NCBI GenBank assembly: GCA_049515535.1
Contig: JBEKTZ010000007.1
Location: 1 to 64,000 of the forward strand
Reading direction: 5' to 3'
From: Candidatus Aminicenantales bacterium
Lineage (GTDB): Bacteria > Acidobacteriota > Aminicenantia > Aminicenantales > UBA4085
Length of the DNA: 64,000 nt
The notes under the pieces were generated by a model. The model was not told the DNA's origin, made no database searches, and worked only from the letters and a program-made list of their open reading frames with translations. Below, in pieces: positions 29,055-38,488 of this stretch (its first letter is position 1; the number at the start of each line of letters is the position of its first letter). Made by a program: the position numbers and the translations under genes.

Positions 29055-30974
29055 ATGAAAAAAAGGGCGATCGTAATATTCTTGGCGGTATCGGTGGCTT
29101 TTCTCGTCTTAGCCGGGGCCACGATGGCCTTGGGACCGCAGGCTAAGAAATCATTGGCGCAAACCACCGTCATCCTCCACCCACCTGACGGCTGGACGAC
29201 GCCCGTCAACGTCTCCCATTTGGCGGGCGAAAGCGACATGCCGATGCTCGCTGTCGATGACAACGGAAAGGCCTATGTCTGCTGGCAAGAATGGTACGGC
29301 AACCTCGGAGATCCCCGATCGAATGCATTCAACACCAATGTTACGGGCCAATGGGGGACCACCATTGAAAATTTCCTCGATTATGTCGCGATTGATGATG
29401 TCGGCTTCCCAGTTGTCACCTGCGACCCGTCGAACGGGACCGGCTACATGGCCTACCATGACGGCGACTTGGTCAATCAAGACATGGAAGTCAAGTGCGT
29501 GGAATTCACACAGGGGGTCCAGACGTCGAAAAAATGGATTTCCTTAACACCCAACGCCTCAGACTACGCGACGCTGGCCGTCAATCCCGTGGACAAAACC
29601 GTCTATTGCATGTGGTTTGACGACCTCACCGATACTGTCTTATATCAGCTCGTCTATCGCTGGCGGGATCCAGCGACAAAACAATGGAGCAGCACCTTGG
29701 CCCAGGTTCCCGTGTTCCCTGGCCGTTCGAAATACTGGCGGGACATGGTGATCGACAATACCGGGACGGCCCATCTCGTGTTCATTGTCCGGTCTCCGGC
29801 GGAGCTTTTTTATACGAAGAACCCCACGCCCCAGAATCAAAACACGTGGACGACGCCCATTTCCCTATCGGGGGATACGGGCCGCGATTGGATGATGCCG
29901 CGGATTGCGGCCGACAAGGACGGGGACGTCTACATCGTCTGGTACGCCAACACCGGGGGGTATGAGACCCAGACCGAGGAGGTTTGGTTCAATAAGACCG
30001 TGAACGGCGTCTGGCAGACCAAGGAGAATCTCTCGAATTCGCCGGGAAGGTCGGAGGGGTGTTGCGTCGCCGTCGACCCCGTGAACAAGGATGTCTATGT
30101 CGCCTATCACGAACTCCTGGGCACGACGAACTGGGAGGTCTATCTGAGAATCTATGCATCCCAGACAACGGGAGCAGCGAAATCCTGGTCGGATATCTAC
30201 AATATGACGAATGATTCCACCCACTCGGCCGAGCCGATCATCAGGATCGACGCCAAGCGGGGGCTTCACCTCGTTTATCACGATTACGTCGGCGAAAACC
30301 GCGAGGTCATGTACATGTATAAGCAAGGCGTCCCGGAGATCATGGCCCAGCCGCCGCTGAGTCCGGCCGTCGTCTCCGCCCTGAACGCCGCCGAAGCCGT
30401 CAGGACCAATACGCTCTCGTGGGCGGCGAATCCGGCCAACGCCGGCGTCACGATCGCGAACTACAAAATCTACCGGAAAATCGCCTCCGCCGCGGACAGC
30501 ACGTTCGCCTCGATCGGTCAGGCCGGCGCGTCCGCGTTGCAATACGTGGATACCGGGCTCGCGAGCTCGACGCGATACGCCTACCGCCTGACGACGGTTT
30601 TGAGCTCGGGGGAGGAGAGTGTCCCGTCCGACTCCGTCACCGATGGGACCCTCGTCTTCGCGCCGGTCAACGTCGCGATCACGACGGCCGTCACCCGGAT
30701 CGTGTTCTACCAAACGAAGGACAACACGATCACGTGGTCGACCAGCCCGAACAACGCGAGCAGCGACGTCGCCGGCTATGATATCTACCGCAAGAACGCG
30801 GGCGAGGACGATACAGCGTTCACGAAACTCAATACGAGCAGTCTGTCCGCCTCGACGTTCAGCTACACAGAGGCGAAACTCGTGGGTTCCCAGAAATACA
30901 CTTACGCGCTGAAAACGAAATTCAAAGACGGCCGCGAAAGTACGTATTCCGCCGCCGTCTCGCAACAAAAGTGA
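29055..30974 (+). CDS. Secreted 7-blade beta-propeller protein with two FN3-like domains
   Basis: Signal peptide and seven countable repeats. Closest to 1732..3654 (shared Y.AIDD.GFP and KNPTP.N..WT). Confidence 0.8.
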   Translation: MKKRAIVIFLAVSVAFLVLAGATMALGPQAKKSLAQTTVILHPPDGWTTPVNVSHLAGESDMPMLAVDDNGKAYVCWQEWYGNLGDPRSNAFNTNVTGQWGTTIENFLDYVAIDDVGFPVVTCDPSNGTGYMAYHDGDLVNQDMEVKCVEFTQGVQTSKKWISLTPNASDYATLAVNPVDKTVYCMWFDDLTDTVLYQLVYRWRDPATKQWSSTLAQVPVFPGRSKYWRDMVIDNTGTAHLVFIVRSPAELFYTKNPTPQNQNTWTTPISLSGDTGRDWMMPRIAADKDGDVYIVWYANTGGYETQTEEVWFNKTVNGVWQTKENLSNSPGRSEGCCVAVDPVNKDVYVAYHELLGTTNWEVYLRIYASQTTGAAKSWSDIYNMTNDSTHSAEPIIRIDAKRGLHLVYHDYVGENREVMYMYKQGVPEIMAQPPLSPAVVSALNAAEAVRTNTLSWAANPANAGVTIANYKIYRKIASAADSTFASIGQAGASALQYVDTGLASSTRYAYRLTTVLSSGEESVPSDSVTDGTLVFAPVNVAITTAVTRIVFYQTKDNTITWSTSPNNASSDVAGYDIYRKNAGEDDTAFTKLNTSSLSASTFSYTEAKLVGSQKYTYALKTKFKDGRESTYSAAVSQQK

Positions 30975-31113
30975 AACACCCGGGACAGGTCGATTCCCGT
31001 TTTCGCGATTCGCGCCTGAGGCCCGCGAGCGACGCAAATCGGGACGATTTTGCCGGTCGCCTAGGCTCTATGGTCCGGAAGTCCGTCTTCCTCGGCCAAG
31101 CGCTTCGCATTCA

Positions 31114-33195
31114 TCAGCGGACGTTCTCTTTGAGTCGGACCAGGATGCTTCCGGAGACGGGGTAATCCTTGACCAGGATCATCCGGGCAGGGTCGAAAGT
31201 CCCATTCAGATAATAAAAATCATTCACGGGGCGGTCTTCAATATTATGAAAATCAAGCCAGAGAAGATCTTTCTGCCGCTTGTAATATGTGAGAGACGGT
31301 AAAAAAATCCAATCGACCCCCAATCGGAGGGCCGGTAGCTGGGGCCGGCCCTCGATCTCCAGGTGATGCAGGTCCGAGATCATCTGTTTTGTATCAGCGT
31401 CGAATCTCCACTCCACGGCCATGATGGTATTCGCCGTATGGGAAAAATGAAAGCCCGATAAAAGGGTCACGGCCGCGAGGAACGATATGAAGAGCCATTT
31501 TGCCGCGCGGACTCCCTCTCGGAGATAATGGATCGAAAAGACGAGAGAAAGAGCCGTCAGAGGGACGAGAAAAAGAGCCGTTCTTCCAAGCAGGTAAGGA
31601 TTACCGAAAAGGACCTTTTCAAGGACGGTCCACAGGCACACCATGAAAAGGACGGCCGGGAACGCCGCGCCGGGAATCATTTTGGACACGGATTTTTTTC
31701 TGATATGGATGACGATCGCCGCCGCTAAAGCGAGCAAGGCGGAAAGAAGGATGAGCCCGATGACGAGATTTTGCCGGGGAGAATAGAGCCGGCCGTAAAA
31801 GGAATTATTGATCAGGGAGGTCCATGTGTCTTGCCACAGGCTGTTCTCACCGCCCCAATATAATTCATGGTTTCTTTCCAGAATGAAGAGCGGATAGGCG
31901 ACGAAGCCTCCAAGCGCCAGGGCCGGCACGGCGAGAGCCCGGAATTGTTCGAGACGCAGGATGTTCCAGCGGGCGGCGACCCGGCCGGCCAAGATGACGA
32001 GAACGATCGTCAAGACCGCAATCGCGGCGAAGAGGATGAGGCGGAGGGCCATGTGGAAGAGAAAATTGAGATCGCCCTTCCAGTTGATCGCGGGTTTGAG
32101 GTAGGCGAGGGCGGACCTTTTCAGGGAAATGGGGGGAGGCGTGCGGAAAACGAGATCCTTCCCTGAATCCGCTATGAGTCTCAATTCCTCGGCTCCATAG
32201 CGGAACGTCTCCCGGCCGATGCTAATTTCGATATCCTTAACGCCGGGCGTGACGGCCGCCGGAATCTTGAAACGGAGGCCTTGTAGAAAAAAAAGGGTTT
32301 CGGTCGTCCACGCGCCATTCTCGCTCGAGAACGGGATCCACCTGTTTTCCAAGTCCACGCCCCAGACGGCCGCGCTTTTGGCGCCGCCCGGGTCGATGCC
32401 GTCGATCCGGACCGTGACCGGCTCGTACAGTTTTTCGGTCAAGCCGGTGTCCCGGGACATGACGAGGATGTTGAAAACGGCGACGAGAATGATCAGGGAG
32501 AGGGCGGTTATTTTATTGAGAAAAGAACCCGAGCGCGATCGGCCGTCCCGAGGACGCTCTTTCGTCCGGCGATTGGAGATGATGAACGCCGGGATGGCCA
32601 GAACCGTGAGGGCGAAATAGATATCCAATAGGGCAAAGTTGCATAGAACGGAGCCGGCGGCCGCGCATAATGAGAAGATCAGGTCCCTTTCGGCGTCTTT
32701 TTTTTGAGTCGTGATTCCGGAGAGAAACGAGGCGAAGAAATAGAAGGACGCCATCAAGAACCCCAGGGACAATCCATATCCCCGGCAAAGCGAGAAAAAA
32801 TCGAGGACGTAAGGATTCAGGTTGAGAAGAAGAAAACCGAAGACGGCCGTCGTCCGGGAGACGAATTTGTTCAGGAGAAGGAAGGCGAAGACGAGGTAGA
32901 GCGCGTATCCGAGGAGGTTGGGCATCCTGAGCATGAACTCCTGGTTTCCTCCGATCATGGAAAAGATTTTGGCGAGGAGCGTGTTCAGGAAATGATTGTT
33001 CGCAACGTTGAAACTGAAGATCGAAAGCACGTCGGAGGAGAGATATCGGATATACGTCTGGGCTTCGTCGATCGAAAAAGAGACGCGAAGCGCCCGGAGA
33101 ACTTCATAGGCGAAAAATGCCAGGGAGGAAGCCGCGATGAGGCCGAAATACGTCACGTCCGAAATTTTTTTGGAAAAGGGCTTGATCGTTCCCAT
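31114..33195 (-). CDS. GT-C-like membrane glycosyltransferase with inserted soluble domain
   Basis: IDEAQTY, ANNHFLNT, LRMPNL, NPYVLDFFSLCRGYGLSLG. Start placed at ATG 33195. Confidence 0.75.
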   Translation of the reverse strand: MGTIKPFSKKISDVTYFGLIAASSLAFFAYEVLRALRVSFSIDEAQTYIRYLSSDVLSIFSFNVANNHFLNTLLAKIFSMIGGNQEFMLRMPNLLGYALYLVFAFLLLNKFVSRTTAVFGFLLLNLNPYVLDFFSLCRGYGLSLGFLMASFYFFASFLSGITTQKKDAERDLIFSLCAAAGSVLCNFALLDIYFALTVLAIPAFIISNRRTKERPRDGRSRSGSFLNKITALSLIILVAVFNILVMSRDTGLTEKLYEPVTVRIDGIDPGGAKSAAVWGVDLENRWIPFSSENGAWTTETLFFLQGLRFKIPAAVTPGVKDIEISIGRETFRYGAEELRLIADSGKDLVFRTPPPISLKRSALAYLKPAINWKGDLNFLFHMALRLILFAAIAVLTIVLVILAGRVAARWNILRLEQFRALAVPALALGGFVAYPLFILERNHELYWGGENSLWQDTWTSLINNSFYGRLYSPRQNLVIGLILLSALLALAAAIVIHIRKKSVSKMIPGAAFPAVLFMVCLWTVLEKVLFGNPYLLGRTALFLVPLTALSLVFSIHYLREGVRAAKWLFISFLAAVTLLSGFHFSHTANTIMAVEWRFDADTKQMISDLHHLEIEGRPQLPALRLGVDWIFLPSLTYYKRQKDLLWLDFHNIEDRPVNDFYYLNGTFDPARMILVKDYPVSGSILVRLKENVR

Positions 33196-33285
33196 CTCTT
33201 TGTTCTCGTGGGTAACTATAAGAAAAGAAAACCATGACGTCAAGACGACCCTAGCTGACTGTCCTGCGGTCAGGACAATTGGCGA

Positions 33286-33314
33286 TTGACAATTTCGCCG
33301 CCTCCCCTGATAAT
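33286..33314 (+). promoter_or_regulatory. Putative promoter TTGACA-N17-GATAAT
   Basis: Hexamers upstream of ATG 33339; small hairpin TGTCCTG/CAGGACA just upstream. Confidence 0.55.
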
Positions 33315-33338
33315 GAGAAAGAGAAACAAGAACCGCAG

Positions 33339-35177
33339 ATGAAAAGAACGACGCTGGGCGGGGTCCTTCTCCTCGTTTCGATCTCGCTTCTTTCCGTGTT
33401 CGCCTTCGTGAAGCCGGAGGCCGGCCGGCGGGAGCGGGCCGCGCCGTCCCTGAGTTGGACGGCCCCCGTCAATATATCCAATTCCTCGTCCGACTCCGAT
33501 TTCCCGTTGGTGGGTGTGAATAGCAGCGGATCGGCTTACGCCGTCTGGATCGAGCACCAGAGCAGGAGAAATTTTAATTTTTCGACGAACAAAAGCGGAT
33601 CCTGGCCGAGCCCTCAATACGCCGGGCAAATCTTTTCCGACGCGGAGGTGACGGGCTATCCGGCCTTCGCCGTCTCGCCGGCCGGGACCTGTCATCTGAC
33701 GTTTCAGGACGTCCGGGTCGCTTCCTATGACGTTTTTCATCTCTTTTACGACAATTCCTGGGGCCCGGCCACCAACCTGTCGGATAACTCCGGGGGGTCC
33801 GGCTATTCCTCCTGCGCCGTCAATTCCGTCGATAATTATCTTTATGTGGTCTGGACGGACGGCACCGTCAGCGAGTGGGAGATTTATCTGCGATTCCGGA
33901 GCGCCGCGGGGATCTGGAGCGACACGCAGACCCTTCAGGTCGGTCCGGGATATATGCCGAGCATCGCCTTGGACGCGAGCGGCCGGGCCTGTCTCGCCTG
34001 GACCATCCGGGGCGGAGGGACCTCGGCGGTGTGGTTTTCCAGGAACGATACTCCCCAGAACCCCGGAACATGGTCTTCGCCGGTTTTGATCAAGGGCGAT
34101 ACGGGCGAGAATTTTTGCAATCCGAGAATCGACTGCGACAACGCGGGGAACGCGTACATCATTTGGCTGGATAATACCAGGGGAAACGATGAAATTTTCC
34201 TGAGGAAGGTCGACCGCGGCGGCGCTCTGGGAGATGAAGTCAACGTCTCCCAGACTTCCGGATCGTCTCAGGAAGGCGCGCTGGCCGTCAACCGCCAGAA
34301 CGGCCATATCTACGTCTCCTGGGCGGAAAGCGGGGACATCTATCTCAACACGTTCGGGGACAGTTGGAGCGGAGGCGTGAATCTGACGAACGATGCCGCG
34401 GCCTCCGGAATGCCAAGCTTGGCCGTGGATTCGTCCGGCAACATCCACGTCGTTTACGCCGAAGAAATGGCGGGCGGGAATCGGGATATTTTCTATTTGA
34501 CGGCTCAGGTATTGACGACCACCTCGACCATTACGACCACGTCCATTCCTGCGCGCCTCTCGTCCCCGCTGGACTTGGCCTTGGAGACGCGGTCGAGCGA
34601 CGACCAGACCGCCAAGATCGACGTTCTCACCTGGCATCGAAACCCCGAGAATCGTAGTTTCGTTTTGAGAGAGTATCGGATATTCCGGAAAAGAGCCGGT
34701 TATCCTGACGGCGATTTCACTTTCCTCGGAGCGGTTTCACCCGACACGTATCGCTACGAGGACGCCGGGCTTCCCCTGACCCAAAGATTCACATACCGGA
34801 TGACGACGGCGGCCCAGAATGGAGACGAGAGCGATCCCTCAGCGTCAGCGGATGAAGACGGCGTTTTCCCTCCCCTGAACGTGACCTGCCGGACGATGAC
34901 GAACAGCTCGCTGTTCCGGCACGAAAAGATTAATATCCTTGACTGGCAAAGGAACATCCTGAACGAGGACGTGCCCGTCGTTCAATATAATGTTTACCGC
35001 AAACGGTCCGACCAGGAAGATACCCAATATGATCTGATCGGCTCCGTCGCCGGCGGCCTATTCGAATATCAGGACCGGAAAGTGCCGCTCGGAGGGAAAT
35101 ATTATTACGTGATTACGGCCATCGTCGCGGCCGGAGACGAAAGCCGGAGATCCAACACGGCCAGGGAAGGCTCCTGA
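33339..35177 (+). CDS. Secreted beta-propeller protein with Thr-rich linker and two FN3-like domains
   Basis: Signal peptide MKRTTL...SVFA; propeller repeats; TTTSTITTTSIP linker. Confidence 0.8.
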   Translation: MKRTTLGGVLLLVSISLLSVFAFVKPEAGRRERAAPSLSWTAPVNISNSSSDSDFPLVGVNSSGSAYAVWIEHQSRRNFNFSTNKSGSWPSPQYAGQIFSDAEVTGYPAFAVSPAGTCHLTFQDVRVASYDVFHLFYDNSWGPATNLSDNSGGSGYSSCAVNSVDNYLYVVWTDGTVSEWEIYLRFRSAAGIWSDTQTLQVGPGYMPSIALDASGRACLAWTIRGGGTSAVWFSRNDTPQNPGTWSSPVLIKGDTGENFCNPRIDCDNAGNAYIIWLDNTRGNDEIFLRKVDRGGALGDEVNVSQTSGSSQEGALAVNRQNGHIYVSWAESGDIYLNTFGDSWSGGVNLTNDAAASGMPSLAVDSSGNIHVVYAEEMAGGNRDIFYLTAQVLTTTSTITTTSIPARLSSPLDLALETRSSDDQTAKIDVLTWHRNPENRSFVLREYRIFRKRAGYPDGDFTFLGAVSPDTYRYEDAGLPLTQRFTYRMTTAAQNGDESDPSASADEDGVFPPLNVTCRTMTNSSLFRHEKINILDWQRNILNEDVPVVQYNVYRKRSDQEDTQYDLIGSVAGGLFEYQDRKVPLGGKYYYVITAIVAAGDESRRSNTAREGS

Positions 35178-35213
35178 CCCCCGGCCATGAAAGCGAGAAT
35201 GAGAAAACGCCCG

Positions 35214-37109
35214 ATGAGACGAACAACGATCTCCTTGGCCATGCTTGTCGGCGCCGTGCTGCTCATTTCGGTTTTCGCCCTGGTGAACCCCAGGACGGGC
35301 AAGCCGGGACAGGAGATCCCGCTTTTGTCCCCCTCCACTCCCATTAATATTTCTCATTCCGGCGCCAATTGCGATTATCCGCTTGTCGGGGTCGACGCCA
35401 ACGGGGCCGCCTATGTCATCTGGATTGAATCCTTCAGCCAAATCAAGTTCACCACGAACAAGACCGGCAGCTGGTCCACTCCCCAAACGATCGCGGTTAT
35501 CAGGTATTTCGGGGTTGATCCGGAGGGGCACAAGGATTTCTCGGTGGGCGCCTCCGGCGTCTGTCATATGGTGATCCGGGACCCCGATCCCGGCTTTACG
35601 CATTTCACGATTTATCATTCCATCTACGAAAACAACACCTGGTCGACTCCCGTGAACATAACGGATCAACCGGGAACGGCGACCTATATCGCCGGCGCTC
35701 TCAACCCGGCCGATTATTACTACTATGCTCTTTGGCAGGACGATTCAGTCCATATGTGGGATTTCTGGATGCGTTACCGGACGGCGGGCGGCAGTTGGGG
35801 ACAGATCGGACAGGTGCTCAGCAATACGGGCTATCACCCCAACCTCGTCATCGGCGGCAACGGCAGAGCCCATCTTGTCTGGTCAAGGAATCCATCGGGA
35901 TCGGCGAAGTATTCGAGAAACGACGACCCCCGCAACCCCAGCGGATGGACATCGCCGATCACGATCGTCGATAATTCGGGCATCGAGTGGAACAATGCCC
36001 GGCTCGATTGCGACAATGCCGGCAACGCCTATATCATCTGGAATGGAAATCTTTCGGGAAACGGCGAGATCTATTTCCGGAAAGTCGCGAGCAACGGAAC
36101 GCTGGGCAGCGTGGTGAATGTTTCCCAGACCCCGGGAAATTTTCAGGAAACTGAAGTGGCCGATATCGCCGTCGACCGCCGGAACGGCGATATCTTCATC
36201 GCCTGGACGGAAAACGGGGATGTCTATTGGAATACCTGCCAGCAAGGAAACTGGGCCGGATCGCAGAAAATACCGAGCACCGGCGCGGCCTCGGGTCCGC
36301 CGGGGACAGCGGTGGATTCCGGCGGGAACGTCCATCTCACTTATGCGGCGGTCTCCGGCGGAGTCCGGCAGATCTTCTACACGACGACGTCCCAGGGACC
36401 GAACACCTCGACCACGACGAGCACCGGCTCCTCGAGCACAACATCCACGACGACGTCCACGACGACGTCCATCCCGGTCAAGCCCTATCCTCCGTTGAAT
36501 CCCGCGCTGAGCACCCAGCTCGACGCGTCTCAAACCCAAAAGGTCAATACGCTGACCTGGCAGAGCAATCCCGCCAACGCCAACCTCGCCCTGAAGGAAT
36601 ATTGGATCTACCGCAAAAGGGCCAACATGTCGGACAGCGATTTCAGCCGTATCGCCTTAGTTCCGACGGGAACCTTTCAATACGTGGATCCGGGATTGCC
36701 GCTCACCCAGAGGTACACCTACGGCCTGACGACGCTTCCCACGGATCCCTACGGACTGGAGAGCAACGGCTCGGATTTCGTGACCGAGCTTGGCGCCTTT
36801 CAGCCCCTGGGCGTCGCCTGCAAGACTGTCGTCAACAATTCCCTGTTCCGGAGCGAGAAGATCAACGTGATCTCTTGGATAAGGAATCCGCTCAACGACG
36901 CGGTCACCATCGCCCAGTATAATATTTTTCGGAAAAAAACGAGTGAAGCTGACTCCGCGTATAAACTGATCAAATCCTCCGGGGCCGGCATCTTTGAATA
37001 TCAGGACCGGAAACTGTCGTTCAGCGATCAATATCAATACGTCGTCACGGCCGTGGAAACAGGGGGATTCGAGAGCGCGAGATCTACTCCGGCCAGAGAA
37101 GGGACCTGA
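35214..37109 (+). CDS. Secreted beta-propeller protein with long Ser/Thr linker and two FN3-like domains (tandem paralog)
   Basis: MRRTTI start chosen by alignment with the upstream paralog; shared R.DCDNAGNAYIIW and NSSLFR/NNSLFR.EKIN. Confidence 0.8.
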   Translation: MRRTTISLAMLVGAVLLISVFALVNPRTGKPGQEIPLLSPSTPINISHSGANCDYPLVGVDANGAAYVIWIESFSQIKFTTNKTGSWSTPQTIAVIRYFGVDPEGHKDFSVGASGVCHMVIRDPDPGFTHFTIYHSIYENNTWSTPVNITDQPGTATYIAGALNPADYYYYALWQDDSVHMWDFWMRYRTAGGSWGQIGQVLSNTGYHPNLVIGGNGRAHLVWSRNPSGSAKYSRNDDPRNPSGWTSPITIVDNSGIEWNNARLDCDNAGNAYIIWNGNLSGNGEIYFRKVASNGTLGSVVNVSQTPGNFQETEVADIAVDRRNGDIFIAWTENGDVYWNTCQQGNWAGSQKIPSTGAASGPPGTAVDSGGNVHLTYAAVSGGVRQIFYTTTSQGPNTSTTTSTGSSSTTSTTTSTTTSIPVKPYPPLNPALSTQLDASQTQKVNTLTWQSNPANANLALKEYWIYRKRANMSDSDFSRIALVPTGTFQYVDPGLPLTQRYTYGLTTLPTDPYGLESNGSDFVTELGAFQPLGVACKTVVNNSLFRSEKINVISWIRNPLNDAVTIAQYNIFRKKTSEADSAYKLIKSSGAGIFEYQDRKLSFSDQYQYVVTAVETGGFESARSTPAREGT

Positions 37110-37267
37110 CGGGCACTCTTGGAGGAAAACCCTTTTTGGGGTTTCCCTCCAACGGGAGCTTCGCTCCCTGCCACCCTTCCTTGGAGCATCGCGTGAACGC
37201 ATTTTTACGGATAGGCCCTATTTATTAAATGGGGCGCCCCGGTCGGCGTCACCCGTTCTCCCCTCGC
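37104..37267 (+). repeat. About 160-bp structured dispersed repeat, copy 1 (copy 2 at 59804..59966)
   Basis: High identity between copies; hairpins TTGGAGG...CCTCCAA and GGGAGC-TTC-GCTCCC. Confidence 0.9.
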
Positions 37268-37385
37268 CCTATGATCCATAATGAAACATCGTCCTCGAAA
37301 CTGGACTACGGTCGGGTACATCGCCGTTTGCCTTTATCCCCGATTTATGGCATAAATAGGGCCTATTTTTGCGCGCGAGCCGCCT

Positions 37386-38480
37386 ATGATCCGCAATGAT
37401 TGCGTCCATTTCAAAGGGGAAACGCCGTGCGTTTACGTTCGCTTATGCGAGGGATGCCCGAATTTCGAGCCTTTCGGGACGAAAATCCTCCTGATCAAGC
37501 GGGCGGCCATGGGCGACGTCCTCCGGACGACTTCCCTTCTTCCCGGCCTGCTGAGAAAATATCCCGGCGGCTCGATTTTCTGGGCCGTCGATGAAGAGAG
37601 CGTTGTCCTTCTGAAGCAAAATCCCCTTATCCGCCGCGTGGTTCCGTTCACGCCGGAACACTGGCTTCCCCTGTCCGCCATGACATTCGACGCTCTGATC
37701 TGCCTGGACAAGGACCCGGCCGCCACGGCCCTGGCGGCCAGCATCGAATGCCCCGCGAAATTCGGCTTCGGCCTGAACGAACATGGAAACCTTTCGATTT
37801 TCAACGCCCCTTCGGATTACGCGTATCGGCTGGGCGTCGACAACGATTTGAAGTTTTTCAAAAACCGGAAGTCCTATCAGGAAATCATCTATGAGATGGC
37901 CGAGGTCGAATATCGGGATGATCCGTACGTTTTCGTGCTGACCGACGAAGATCGAGCCAAAGCGCGGGGATATTTCAAGCGCCGCCGGATCCGGAAAAAG
38001 CGTCCGGCCGTCGGCCTCAACACCGGCGCGGGGACGAAATTCACGACGAAACAGTGGCCGTCAGGGCACTATCGCCGGCTCATCCGGCTTCTGACGGGCA
38101 AGATCAAAGCCGACGTTTTTCTGCTCGGCGGAGAGCGGGAGCGGCTTTTGAACCGGTCCCTCGAACGGGAGGCGGAGAAAAACGTCTACAATACGGGGAA
38201 CGACCATTCCCTCCGCGAATTTTCGGGTTTCATCGAAGCCATGGACGTCGTCGTCAGCTCGGATTCGCTGGGGATGCACCTGGCTATCGCCCTCGGGAAA
38301 AGCGTCGTCGCCCTGTTCGGCCCGACATGCCCCCAGGAAATTTCGCTGTACGGCCGGGGAACGAAGCTCTTCGCCGGAGCGGATTGCTCTCCCTGCTATA
38401 AATCCGAGTGCCCGGATATGCGTTGCATGAAGGCGATATCTCCGGAGCAGGTCTTCGCCGAGATCGAGAGCATTCTCTGA
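37386..38480 (+). CDS. GT9 heptosyltransferase-family protein
   Basis: AAMGDVLRT, TKQWP, SDSLGMHLAIALG, LFGPT, CSPCY...C...CM. Confidence 0.9.
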   Translation: MIRNDCVHFKGETPCVYVRLCEGCPNFEPFGTKILLIKRAAMGDVLRTTSLLPGLLRKYPGGSIFWAVDEESVVLLKQNPLIRRVVPFTPEHWLPLSAMTFDALICLDKDPAATALAASIECPAKFGFGLNEHGNLSIFNAPSDYAYRLGVDNDLKFFKNRKSYQEIIYEMAEVEYRDDPYVFVLTDEDRAKARGYFKRRRIRKKRPAVGLNTGAGTKFTTKQWPSGHYRRLIRLLTGKIKADVFLLGGERERLLNRSLEREAEKNVYNTGNDHSLREFSGFIEAMDVVVSSDSLGMHLAIALGKSVVALFGPTCPQEISLYGRGTKLFAGADCSPCYKSECPDMRCMKAISPEQVFAEIESIL

Positions 38481-38488
38481 GCTTTGCC

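Noticed and set aside
1732..37109. Diversity-generating retroelement or site-specific shufflon acting on the propeller genes
   Set aside because: No reverse transcriptase or recombinase gene and no template/variable repeat pair; paralogs diverge along their whole length.
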